A DNA stretch of 63,989 nucleotides, the filler included, from Perkinsus olseni (lineage: Eukaryota), in the NCBI GenBank assembly GCA_013115125.1. It is 28 parts of 28 records of this genome, joined end to end, with 100 filler letters (N's around TTAATTAATTAA, not from the genome) between each part and the next. Parts side by side here need not be neighbours in the genome. Positions count along the whole stretch, not along the records: positions 1 to 2,245 come from JABANN010001609.1; positions 2,346 to 4,589 come from JABANN010001610.1; positions 4,690 to 6,933 come from JABANN010001611.1; positions 7,034 to 9,275 come from JABANN010001612.1; positions 9,376 to 11,605 come from JABANN010001613.1; 23 more parts are not named here. One strand, 5' to 3'. This document shows, piece by piece, positions 1 to 10,865 of the stretch. Position 1 is the first letter of the stretch. The number at the start of each line of letters is the position of its first letter. The position numbers and the translations under genes were made by a program. Under the pieces are notes generated by a model. The model searched no databases. It worked only from the letters and a program-made list of their open reading frames with translations, and was not told where the DNA came from.

Positions 1-130
1 AAACCTGGAACCCGAGCGTGGCTGGAAAGAAGTCGCAGTCTTTGACGAAACTCTCATTAGCCGCGCTGGGATCAAGACGGCTGGGACATCGCAAGCTTTT
101 GCAGCAAAGTCTCAGCCCCTCCCGGTCAGG

Positions 131-1405
131 TTAGCCACTCCTCGTGTTTGCCCCTTTGCCTTGCTTCTGTTTGGCCGGGGCCGGCTTCGCCGGTTCGACA
201 CGAACCCCCTTTTTGATGGGCGACGACATCACGCTCTCATTGTCAGAAGTGGAACCAGCGTCGGCGGTGTCGCCAAGCTCTATCATTGGGTAGGCTCCAG
301 TTGATGGTCCACTTGATGATGTCGAGGCCGGTACCTGGGTCACCGTGGCGTTGCCGATGGTTTTCGTGGATGCTTGAGTGTATAACATTGCTGCCGCATA
401 TGAGGTGGAGAGACCTTTGGTCACTCCTTTCAAGTAGTCCATGAGGGCGAGACTTTTCCACCGTCCATACTCTTGGATGTGGAACAGTGAGTAACCAGCA
501 GCCCACATGAGTTGGGCGCCAGTACGCCGGAGACTGTGTACTCCGACGTCATTGGGCTGTGGAGTCGAGACCGATGGAGCTATATATGAGATGATAGACT
601 TCAAGTCGTTACGCCACTGATTGTATGGCAAGTCAGCGAAGATGAGGTTGTTACCGTGAGAGACGGGTACGGACTCCAGCCACCTTTGCAGACGATGTGA
701 AGGACAACATTTATTTGCGCATGATGAAGGGTCGTTGCTAACACATCCGATAATAACTTGAGCCCCCTCACCGAATTGATCGGTTTTCGACCTGACAATG
801 TCCACCATCAACTTACCGTCTTTACCAAACGATACATCTTTGTATCGTAGAGCCAAGGTTTCCCTAGCTCTGAAGAGCCCAAAAACGGTTACGAGAGAAG
901 CTACTTGGAGCATTTCCAGGGGTATATTGCTGTCTGGGACCTCCGAAATTGTTGCCATCAACACCAACTCTTCTTTTTGTAGGGCACGCTTTTGCGCGAG
1001 TGACCCGTCGGATTTCCTCCGGGCGGCCTTGAGTGCCAGATTTACGCAGAACTTATCTGCCTCAGATAAGGTATAACCAAAGGAGCTGTTTGCCGATCGT
1101 AGACTTTTAGTATAAGTTAGAATAGTGTTGTACTTGTACAGACCAGTTTTAGTCATAGCATATATAAACGCTTGAACAAAGGGAACTCGTAGAGGGAAGG
1201 GAACTTCTGGCGCTACAAAGGACGAGAAGAACTTGGCTGCCGTACCATACAGCTGCCTAGTTTTCACCGCATTCGCGGACGCAACGAACTCTGCCAGAGT
1301 TTCTTGTGTTGGGCTCTTATGTACAAGGGCAACCCGTTGTTGCTTACTCGCACCTTCGGCGCCTGAGGAGGAAATATGAGATGCATAATGGGAATGTGAA
1401 CGCGA
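131..1405 (-). mobile_element. Tyrosine recombinase of a DIRS/Ngaro-like retrotransposon
   Basis: All catalytic motifs are present: GLFRARE (R), RSKTDQ (K), HSLRRTGA (HxxR), GRWKS, DYL (Y). The frame stays open upstream to the TAG at 1406-1408. The ORF track starts at GTG 1267. Confidence 0.9.
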
Positions 1406-2245
1406 CTAATGCGAGCTCTTGGGCCCGCATAGACTGTCTGAGTTACAGAGCCACTGTAAGGGCGGGGAGCACCTCATCCAATCCGATGGTAAATCTTCTA
1501 GGGTTTCCCTGGATAGACCATCAGCCAGGAAGTTCTGCTTCGAGCTGATGTAATGTGGAGCCAGGTTGGGGACGAACTTGAGCAAGAATGGGACCGCCCG
1601 CTGTAGTAGCCAAGCGAGTTGGTCTTGGCCGCTGTAGATTTTATTGAGAAGATGCACTACCCCCATATTATCGCATAAAACCCAGATCATCGGGGCCTTG
1701 TCCCTCTGAGCTAGGAGGGCGAGGCTGATGAGAACCGCAAGAAGTTCGAGTTGACATATGTCGTTTGCAGACGGACAGGCCGGCACCTTCAAGATTTTTT
1801 CTCGTACTTCAAGGGGTAAAGAGTTGATTCTTAAGGTCCAATATGACCACTTCGATTCGAAGTACAGAGTACCAGCTATCGCCTTTGTCGATGCATCCGA
1901 GACTATGCACGCATTCTTCGGAGAGGAGAGGTTATGACATATAGGGGCGATGTTGAAGACAAGTCGCGCTCTGCGGATATCATTCAAGTGACCTCTTAGG
2001 CTTGTTAGATCTCTCCTCAGCTTATGAGGAGTCCTAATCACTTTAAGCTTCTTCCTCTCCATCATGCTTTTGCAACCGAAGAGAGAGCTCAAATGAGACT
2101 TAAGATACCGGTAGCTTTGAAAAGCCCAGATTAATTTACCACCGACTTTGGCCAGCCAGTCCAGTGACACAGACTTCTTGCTCAGCATTTCCGAAATATC
2201 AGAGATCAGGTTGTCGATCTTGGAAGTAGGCACCGTTACCGAGAC
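1406..2245 (-). mobile_element. RT C-terminus and RNase H of a DIRS-like retrotransposon (5' partial)
   Basis: RT thumb-like segment (LAKVGGKLIWA), then RNase H motifs VSDAS, ICQLELLAV, LCDN, NFLADGLSR; directly upstream of the tyrosine recombinase. Confidence 0.85.
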
Positions 2246-2345
2246 NNNNNNNNNNNNNNNNNNNNNNNNNNNNNNNNNNNNNNNNNNNNTTAATTAATTA
2301 ANNNNNNNNNNNNNNNNNNNNNNNNNNNNNNNNNNNNNNNNNNNN
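2246..2345. other. Artificial contig spacer (N-run + TTAATTAATTAA + N-run), recurring about every 2.3 kb (27 times)
   Basis: Identical six-frame-stop linker inside N runs, with contig lengths decreasing along the window. Confidence 0.98.
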
Positions 2346-2415
2346 GGTTTTACTAATTTGCTCTGGGCTTTATTAAATTGCTCTGGGGTTTTACTAAGTA
2401 GGTCTGGAAATGGTG

Positions 2416-3087
2416 TAGCACGGCCGTCAACGGTACCACACCGGTCCCTACTAGCATGGCTGTCAACGGGACGACACCGGTCCCTACTAGCATGGCTGTC
2501 AACGGGACGACACCGGTCCCTTCTAGCACGGCTCTTAACGGGACGACTCCGGTCCCTACTAGCACGGCTGTCAACGGTACCACACCGGTCCCTATCAGCA
2601 CGGCTGTCAACGGTACCACACCGGTCCCTTCTAGCACGGTCCTCAACGGGACCACACCGGTCCCTTCTAGCACGGCTGTCAACGGGACGACACCGGTCCC
2701 TTCTAGCACGGCTGTCAACGGGACGACACCGGTCTCTTCTAGCACGGCTGTCAACGGTACCACACCGGTCCCTACTAGCACGGCTGTCAACGGGACGACA
2801 CCGGCCCCTACTAGCACGGCTGTCAACGGTACCACACCGGTCTCTTCTAGCACGGCTCTTTACGGGACGACACCGGTCCCTACTAGCACGGCTGTCAACG
2901 GTACCACACCGGTCTCTTCTAGCACGGCTCTTAACGGGACGACACCGGTCCCTACTAGCACGGCTGTCAACGGGACGACACCGGTCTCTTCTAGCACGGC
3001 TGTCAACGGGACGACACCGGTCCCTACTAGCACGGCTGTCAACGGGACGACACCGGTCCCTACTAGCACGGCTGTCAACGGTACTAG
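2416..3087 (+). repeat. 36-bp tandem repeat, ~18-19 copies (CTAGCACGGCTGTCAACGGGACGACACCGGTCCCTA consensus)
   Basis: Read directly from the sequence. The + frame gives (T/S)STAVNGTTPV(P/S) repeats. Confidence 0.95.
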
Positions 3088-3103
3088 ACAACGTCGTAGT
3101 TAG
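2456..3103 (+). CDS. Mucin-like Thr/Ser/Pro repeat exon with one N-glycosylation sequon per unit
   Basis: 215-aa ORF. The GGG/GGT and ACG/ACC unit variants are synonymous in this frame. Confidence 0.45.
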   Translation: MAVNGTTPVPTSMAVNGTTPVPSSTALNGTTPVPTSTAVNGTTPVPISTAVNGTTPVPSSTVLNGTTPVPSSTAVNGTTPVPSSTAVNGTTPVSSSTAVNGTTPVPTSTAVNGTTPAPTSTAVNGTTPVSSSTALYGTTPVPTSTAVNGTTPVSSSTALNGTTPVPTSTAVNGTTPVSSSTAVNGTTPVPTSTAVNGTTPVPTSTAVNGTRQRRS

Positions 3104-4411
3104 GCAGCAGCTTTTCGATTTCCACTTAGATCACGTCAACAGTGAATATCACTGAGAGTCCAGCAACTACTCTCTTCGTGAAAGTGAGTTTTGTAACCAT
3201 ACTGTCCCTTCCATTTTGTATGCTACTTATTTTGACCACTAATTTTTGATAGTCGGTGAATGAAGCATCAGGCTCATTACCGAACGTCTCCAACCTGATT
3301 AGTGTTGCGTACGTGCTCGAATGGGGCTATGTGTATTTGCTTGAATTGGGTCCGTCGACACACCAGCTTCTCAACGGTGCTCGAGTTATGACGTAATCCT
3401 CGACGATAATCTAACACGTGATCTCTGATATCGACGGGATATCCAAAGGTTAGAGTGTCAGTATAGCTAACAGTTTTTGGAGGAAATCTATCGTTGGTGC
3501 CTCCGCGACTTATCGGGGACATAGTAGAATCTTATATTTCGAACCTCTTGTCTATGCTCCTTGAAAGGATCTGGAACTCTTCTTCCCGATCTCAACCCAA
3601 ACTTGAGGCAATTTCTTAGGGTCGGAGATATCCGCCTTTCACCGTACGAGCGAGCGAGTTCTGTCCAGCCGAGTTCGGAGCGCGAACATATACCTCTTGT
3701 TGGTAAAAGAGGAGGCGTGAATAGGGCTAAGTATCAAGCTTCACAAACTGTTGCAAGTTTCACGCTTGGGGCAGGACTTGGGGAGTTATTCGAGATTATC
3801 AGCTATCATGCTTCCTGAATTGTTGGTGCTCTCAGTGGAGGCTCCTCTAATGCTAATTCCAATTCCGCACCTTCCGTGCCCCTTAGCTGTCTCGCAGATT
3901 ATAAGTCTATTCTGACACATGTGAGACAGCACGAAGCTCGTGCCACCGCTGCTGTTACGTTGGCCGTGCTCGAACATCGAAGGAAGTGCTCTAACGCATC
4001 ACCGTTCGCTTCCACGAGCTTTCAGTCGTTCTCCAGGAAAAGTTGGCCCGTCTGGGTTTCGGATTCGGAATCGCCATTATGAGAAACCCCATAGCCCAAA
4101 GTCTCAGCCGCAGCAGCTCAGTATCTACAAACTACGGTCTTTATGCTGTGCCATCCTGTATAATGATCCGAAGTACCTCGGCAGTAACCGAAAGTTATCG
4201 ACGACTCTGCGATCCCGAGAAGTAATGCTGCACAAGCGCGAGCCATCTGCCGCGCACCGTAGAGAGTATCTTCTGGCTTCTTCTGAAACGCTTAGATTCA
4301 GATTTGCGAATTTTTCCGAAGTCTCATTGAAAGTGGTTCATGTGAGCATGTCAACCAACCCAGCGCAGCAACGTTTAAACAGATTGGTGGGTATCTACCC
4401 GTTTATTTAGG

Positions 4412-4589
4412 ATGACTCTATCTTCCCTCCCTCTCGCGATCTTCGCCCTTGGCGCCCTCCTGGATGCCACATACGTGACAGGTTCTACCACTGAGTGCGA
4501 CGCTGACTGTGCTGCCACTTATCCCGGGTCCTATTGTAAATACTGGAAGACGCCCAGCACTTGCTTTGGCTCGGATGCCCCGTGCTCCT
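4412..4589 (+). CDS. Secreted cysteine-rich protein, N-terminal fragment
   Basis: Hydrophobic signal peptide followed by CDADC...SYCKYWKTPSTCFGSDAPC; runs off the contig end. Confidence 0.65.
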
Positions 4590-4689
4590 NNNNNNNNNNN
4601 NNNNNNNNNNNNNNNNNNNNNNNNNNNNNNNNNTTAATTAATTAANNNNNNNNNNNNNNNNNNNNNNNNNNNNNNNNNNNNNNNNNNNN

Positions 4690-6932
4690 CCGAGCATTGA
4701 GAGGGAAGGTGGTAGCACCGAGCTCCTTGTGCACGGACCGAGTGAAGCCACTACATGTGAAATAGGACGCCGTATCTGTGCAGATCTCTCGCAGCCCACC
4801 TCTCAACAGCTGGATGCGCCGCAACGCCTTGATACTGCTCTTGGAGTCCTCATCACTGCGAACCATCGTCACGTGGCCACTCATGAGACACGTGCAAGTT
4901 AGGATTTTGCAGCGCATGCCGAGACAGAAGTAGTCCACTCCAACGCGCCAGTATGGCGGGCATCGGAACAGATCTGCCGGTGCACTATTATCTTCCCTTC
5001 GGACACCCAGCGACATGGGATTTACCCACGCGCGCTTCGCCCGAGAGATCTGGCATATAATGCACTGCTTGACGAAACTCCTCGAGGAAGCTAGGCCAGC
5101 AGGCAAGTGGTAGTCGACGATATCCGGTGCCAAAGACGCCAGATCAGCTGACGATGATATGAATGATGGCCCACACGGAGGCAACTTGTCAGCGCCATCC
5201 AAATATGAGGAGTACTGAGGATCTGATAACTGACAGCTCCGGGCAGCTGCATATCGTGCCGCTACTGCGTCGAAAGGAGGAAGGTCTAAAGCGTCCAACG
5301 ACTTGTCGGCGTTAGCCTTAAGAATATATATGATAGCCTTCACGTACCATAACAGATGAAGTACGTCATCAACATCGTAACAGTAGCGACTGGCACGATC
5401 GGCGAGAGATTCACTAGGACCGACGTGCTCACGATGCGACGTTGCATCTTGAAGGAGGCACACAACATCAGCTACTGACGCCCCATGGCAGACGGAGAGA
5501 GCGCTTAAATGAAGCGACTGTGAGTCTGGGTGAGCTGAGACGCCGAGCCGTTCTGATATGAACTGACACTTGTCCTGCACTTCCTGCTCATCAGACTTCT
5601 CCAGCGACGACGGGTCCCAGTCTGCGGCCAGCGGATCCTTGTCAGAGTTGAGTTTGTCCCAGCCAGATCCTTGACGTGAAGGGTCTCGGGCACTCTCCTC
5701 CGACTCCCCGGCGACCTCTGATAAACATTCTGCAAGCGACTTACCAACGCTGGTCTTCCGATCGTAGATCCTCGAGAGATCATCGGCTTCGCCATTTACC
5801 GTTCCCGCAAGATGCGAGATCTCGACACCATGGTAAGGCTGATCCGTCTTGGCAGCGGAGGGCTTGCAGAGATGTCGCAGTTCGACGAGCTCATCATGAA
5901 GGCCAGAGACTAGTCTCGATACAGCTCTTCTCTCGACACCCTTGGAGCGCTCTATGAGCGACCCCCTCTCACTATCTTGCGACCATGCCACACAAGCGGC
6001 ATTGTCACAATATATGAGTATACGTACACCTTGGGGGTTTCCTTGTGGCACGATGCGGCGCCGATAGTGGAGGAAGTCGCATAAATTCTGCAACAACCTC
6101 AATAGAACGACTAATTCACGCCTATTCGAATGCCAACGGCGCTCCGTCCTCCGCCAGAGAAAGGCTTCGGAAAAGAGCTTGACATCGTTAACATAGGCCA
6201 CGAACCCTCCCCCAGAGAGCGACGCATCACAGAAACCCCGAATGAGTAATTCAGGAGCATCAGCATAACGAACTGGTGACTTATGAGAGCACGGTAGAGC
6301 TGCAGGGTTACAAAGGTCGGCCATCCATTCGATCAGACACTCCCAAGCCGCACGAGAAGAATCATTAAGCGACGAGATGTCGAGGAGATCCGACCAACCA
6401 CGGCGAGAAAACGAGCGCCCTAACAGCGCCCTGACAGCATCCGCGCAAGCGCGGGCCGCAAAATGTAAACGAACTGGATCGAACGCCAGGCATCCAGCCG
6501 CCTTGAAGCCCAGACGCTTAGAGAAAGCGCCACCAGAAGAAACCAGCTCGACAAACCCACGTACTACTGCTAACCTCTTACCACGGTCACAGTCGAGGAT
6601 TAGGGACTCTTCGTCATAGTAGACTCGGACTCCCAGGATACTTCCCTCCTTTGCGACTGGTAGGTCAATGCCGCACTGTTGAAGGGCTGATCTGAGCTCA
6701 TCCTCGCGGCTCTCGACTGCTAGAGCATGCACTTTTCGCTGCTGGGCGTCGAAACCGACACGGAGTAGTAAGATGAGCAGTACTTTGAATTTCATCACTG
6801 TTGGTAAGGTCGGGCCGGACAGCGCCAGGTCATCGACAAACAGGAATATCAAGACCAGCACCATGTACAAGAGGTCCAAACCACCAAAGTTTGCCGCCCG
6901 GGCCTCACCGACCAACTGACTCAGGCCACCAT
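4690..6932 (-). mobile_element. LTR-retrotransposon pol fragment in RT-RNase H-integrase order, BEL/Pao-like
   Basis: FVDDL (RT); GFCDAS, RRELVVL, YCDN, NGEADDLSR (RNase H); CIICQ, VGVDYF, ICTDTASYF (integrase). Open for ~740 codons. Confidence 0.8.
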
Positions 6933-7033
6933 TNNNNNNNNNNNNNNNNNNNNNNNNNNNNNNNNNNNNNNNNNNNNTTAATTAATTAANNNNNNNNNNN
7001 NNNNNNNNNNNNNNNNNNNNNNNNNNNNNNNNN

Positions 7034-9182
7034 AGGCGGTAAGAGATGTGCTCTGCTCGATTAAAAGCTCACAGAGGCCCCACTTGGCATTCCCGCAGTA
7101 GCTTGTCGAATGCCGTCCATGAATCCCCTCCGAACTTGGCAAAGACAAATGGCGCATCAATACCGCCATAGCACGGTATTGCGCATTCGGTCAAAGTCCC
7201 GCGAATCATCTGAGCTCGAAGGCTCTCTTACTAGGGAAATCGTCGTTTTTCTCACTTCCATATTGGCCATGTAATAGTGTACTCTCTCCATCACCTCAGG
7301 GAGGTTGTTGAGCACCGCAGTGCCTCCAGCCACCGAGACAGCCGAGGCACCTGAGTTGTTTCATGCTGTGGTGGTCTCGTATTCAAACATTAGACACCGA
7401 TGGGATAGATACCACACCGCGCCGAACTTCCAATTCACGCACGTCATCCAGCCAAGGCTTGAACATCAAATGGTCGTAAACGTGACGGAACAGCTGATTG
7501 ACTGAGTATAGGTTTCGGCCAAGCGGATTAGCTATCCATGCCGACCGCTCTTAGACAATCGGATGGAGACGATCCCCACCTTGAAACACGGTAGTAGATA
7601 CTCTACGCCAGTCGGTGAGGAATGGAGTTCCGTCCGTGAAACGCAGGTCCTCGGGCACAACGGTCCAGCCTAGCCGAACCTGCAACAACCCGAGCGCAAG
7701 TGGTCCGGCCCTACGACGGAGCAGCGCCGCTGAGACCACGCCCATCGGTCTGCAGAGACCGCGATCGAATTCGACTCTCCCCAGAGAACTCATAGACGAC
7801 GATAGCCCCCCCTCACACCCCGGTGAAGCTGGCCAACTTGCTAAAGGAATTAGTCTCAATGCAGCATTTTCGTGCACCTTCGATCTCGTAAATAGATCGT
7901 GGTACATCCGATGTCGGGCTGACGTAACTGTTAATCACCAAAAGAGCCGAGGCATCCGAGCAGGGCCTGGTACCTTCCATACGCGGCGTCGTATATTATC
8001 AGCTTCCCATGCTTCAGCGCAAACTGGACCTGTACGTGGTCATGAGATCGCTGCCCTTCAGAATCCCGTCCTACCAACTCGCTCAGTTTACCCCTCTCAG
8101 TGGATACTCCGGTCGGGTTGTTCGGATTGCAGTAATAAATTATATCAGCCCCGCCACGGCCGCCCTCATCCAGCGTCAATGAGAGGTCGGGGAAGAAGTC
8201 GTTCTGCTCGGTGCAGGGCAGGTACCTACTATGGACTCTCTCTCGGCTCAGTGAACAGTCGAAGCCTTACACTATGTCGTCGTAGTGACCGTGAGCATTC
8301 CTTCTGCCAGAAATCCTACCGGACAGCACAGCTGAGTCAGCGTAGACCTGATGGTGCTTCATGAGGCGGGAACCGGGCTGGGCTTCACCACCGGATACGC
8401 TGGGTCCTGCACTGCCACTCTCATGGTCGGATCGAACAGCAGCTGCAGACGGCCAATGTCTGGCTTACTACCATCGTTGCCTGACAGCGAAAGCGGAGCG
8501 GTGAGGAGTTAGCCGCAACTCCCGAGGAGATTTACAGAAGATCTCATGAACCTCCACCCGGCATCGAGCGCCGTAGTACTTCTCGGAAATGAGCTGCCGG
8601 AGAGTCGGCTCGTATTGGGAGTCGTAGCCCACGAAACCCTCCGGCTGAAAGACGATATCTCACTGAGATAATCTCATACTCCCTACACCAGCGAACCCAG
8701 GCAACGGATAAACCTTCTGTTCATTGAAGTAACCCCGAAACTAAGCGTCGATCCAGGAATTGATTTTAACACGCGGAATGAGGTTCCAGAATCGATGTTG
8801 AGTGCCAGAATTGGTCGATTGAACAACCCCTAGGCCACTCCGAAAAGTTCACAATCTCAACGCTTCCGCTACCGTTTGCATGTTCTTAGCGAACTCAGCC
8901 ATAGACTCTGCAATCACCGGAGGGAGCGGTAGAGGCGTGTCCCCTTTACCTGAAAGGCACCGCATAGAGGCGAGGCCACTTGAGCAGCACGGAAAAGGAC
9001 TCAACGACAGGCTAGGCTGAGACGTTACCCAGGCTTATGATGCGCCTGTTCGGTGTGTCGCCACTCGCGATGTAGTCCTGCACCTTTTCCTTCACAACAG
9101 CAAAGAGGTACCCTCCAGAGGGCATCCTCGCTGTGGAGGCCCGTCTTGTGATTTTCAACCCAGTATCAGCGACCATCTCCAT
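7034..9182 (-). CDS. dapL: LL-diaminopimelate aminotransferase (class I/II PLP enzyme), multi-exon, 3' partial
   Basis: Exons encode GYLF..., [103 protein letters not shown], separated by GT-AG introns. Confidence 0.85.
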
Positions 9183-9375
9183 GCATATAAAAACTAAACT
9201 TGGAATGACAGATTGCACTCACAAGCTTTCACTCAAGCCCTAAGCCAATCCCTCGGCGGCGCACGTGTAGCTCCGNNNNNNNNNNNNNNNNNNNNNNNNN
9301 NNNNNNNNNNNNNNNNNNNTTAATTAATTAANNNNNNNNNNNNNNNNNNNNNNNNNNNNNNNNNNNNNNNNNNNN

Positions 9376-9690
9376 TAGTTCGAATGTACTCCTCAGCTTC
9401 GTGTGCCACGCTATCATATTCATCCTTGTAGAGAGCAAAGGAAGCTTTAAATGCCTGTTTCGTGATCGCTAGCTGAACGTAAGCCAGGTCGCGAAGCATT
9501 CGCCAGCGTAGCTTCTCATCTACCACAAGCCGCTGCAAGACGTCTTCCACATTTTTTTCCACATGGAACCAGCACATGCATCGCTTGGCCCTGGGGTAGA
9601 TGAGTGCAAACCGAGATACAATGCACATGCCGCGAGATCCTCTGCTTGTGAAGCCCTCTGCAATAGCGCATTCTTCGCCCTGGGTCCACT
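9376..9690 (-). mobile_element. Mutator-like (MULE) transposase fragment
   Basis: FALIYPRAKRCMCWFHVEKNV carries the MULE CxxH motif. The upstream part is degenerate. Confidence 0.7.
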
Positions 9691-9774
9691 CTACAAGGCC
9701 AGTGGGCCACAAACACAAACTTTAGGTGGGACGCACCCCCGACCCGCGAACTGTGTTGTCCGGCCCTGAGTTCG

Positions 9775-9845
9775 GAAAATCTGGTGTAGCGGTAGAATCG
9801 CAGGCCGGCATCCGAAAGGTCCCCGGTTCAAACCCGCGCTTGCTA
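9775..9845 (+). pseudogene. tRNA-like sequence (pseudo-tRNA or SINE head)
   Basis: A-box-like TGGTGTAGCGGTAG and B-box GGTTCAAACCC at tRNA spacing; acceptor stem not convincing. Confidence 0.45.
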
Positions 9846-9926
9846 TTTCTCTGCATTTATTTTCGTGCAATTGCATGTAGTTCTCAGTTCACGGATTTAG
9901 TGCTGGTTTCGCGGGCATCCCATGTA

Positions 9927-10016
9927 AAACTCGTACGCAAAAAACTCGTACACATAATGTTCGTACACATAACACTCGTACACATAATGCTCGTACACCG
10001 CCATTTCGTACACACG
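9927..10016 (+). repeat. 15-bp tandem array (core TCGTACACATA), 6 copies
   Basis: Directly visible periodicity. Confidence 0.85.
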
Positions 10017-10524
10017 TCATGTGGCGCACGACGCAGTTTGTGCGCACGTACACTACAGGAGCCGCACGCAAGCACAATGGCCGCCGCACAAGGCCTTAAG
10101 GCTCTTCAATGTATAGGCGAGGTAGGAAGCTCGCCAAAGAGAAACATGCCCCTCTGACGGGGTCGGGAGTGAATGAGGCTCCCCTGTTTATAGCCTCACG
10201 GCTTCTCTATCCTCATGTTTACTTCTACATGAGGTCTGCTGAGTCCACCACGCCGTGGCGACCACAAGCTACCGTCTGTGACGGGCCCGGATCTCAAACC
10301 CCTTTTTCTCGGGAATTACTCACAGTCTTTCTCTCCCTTTCGTCCACTGCTTTAGTCCAGAACTGATGCGGCCTTGTCGCTCGTTCTAGACCACCGCAAC
10401 CTCTATCTTGCGTTTTGCAGTCTCGATTCTTGAGAACTACCTGCTCGTAGTTATTTGGTTCTCTGCTCTCCCCCATCATGCCTCCCTCTCCCAACGCAAA
10501 CCCCCTCTTGGGGTGAGTATCATA

Positions 10525-10820
10525 TCGTACAGTGTCAACTGGTACAGGTCTCAGCTGGTGCGCAGCTAAAGTGGTACAATCCGTACAACCGACTTTCATC
10601 TCGTGACATATGGTACAGTCGCAACTCGTACAGTGTCAACTGGTTCAGTTGCAACTCATTTTGTGTCTTATGGTGCAGTGTCAGTTCATCTTGTTGCAGT
10701 CAGTACAGTGTCATCTCGTACAGTGTCGAACCGTAAAGTTGCTGCAGGTACAGTGTCGTTCAGTACAGTTGCTGCACGTACAGTCTCGTTCAGTACAGTT
10801 GCAACCGATACAGTGTTGGC
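10525..10820 (+). repeat. Degenerate 15-bp-period array (core GTACAGTGTC / GTACAGTTGC)
   Basis: Periodic GTACAG motifs; translates to TVS/TVA pentapeptides. Confidence 0.8.
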
Positions 10821-10865
10821 TAGTAAATTCTACATTTACAATGCGAAGTAACTTCAGGGAAAAGT

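Noticed and set aside
2246..2345. Regularly spaced TTAATTAATTAA palindromes, and ORFs ending XXXX-LIN
   Set aside because: Artificial concatenation linker, not biology. Neighbouring contigs cannot be read as gene clusters.
2416..3087. 36-bp repeat as a CRISPR array
   Set aside because: Units are head-to-tail with no unique spacers, there are no cas genes, and the context is eukaryotic.
2294..3155. Arg/Cys-rich and Leu/Arg-rich ORFs over the repeat
   Set aside because: They are open only because the unit lacks stops; the unit variants are non-synonymous in those frames.
7615..8364. 249-aa + strand ORF
   Set aside because: Antisense shadow of the dapL exons and introns.
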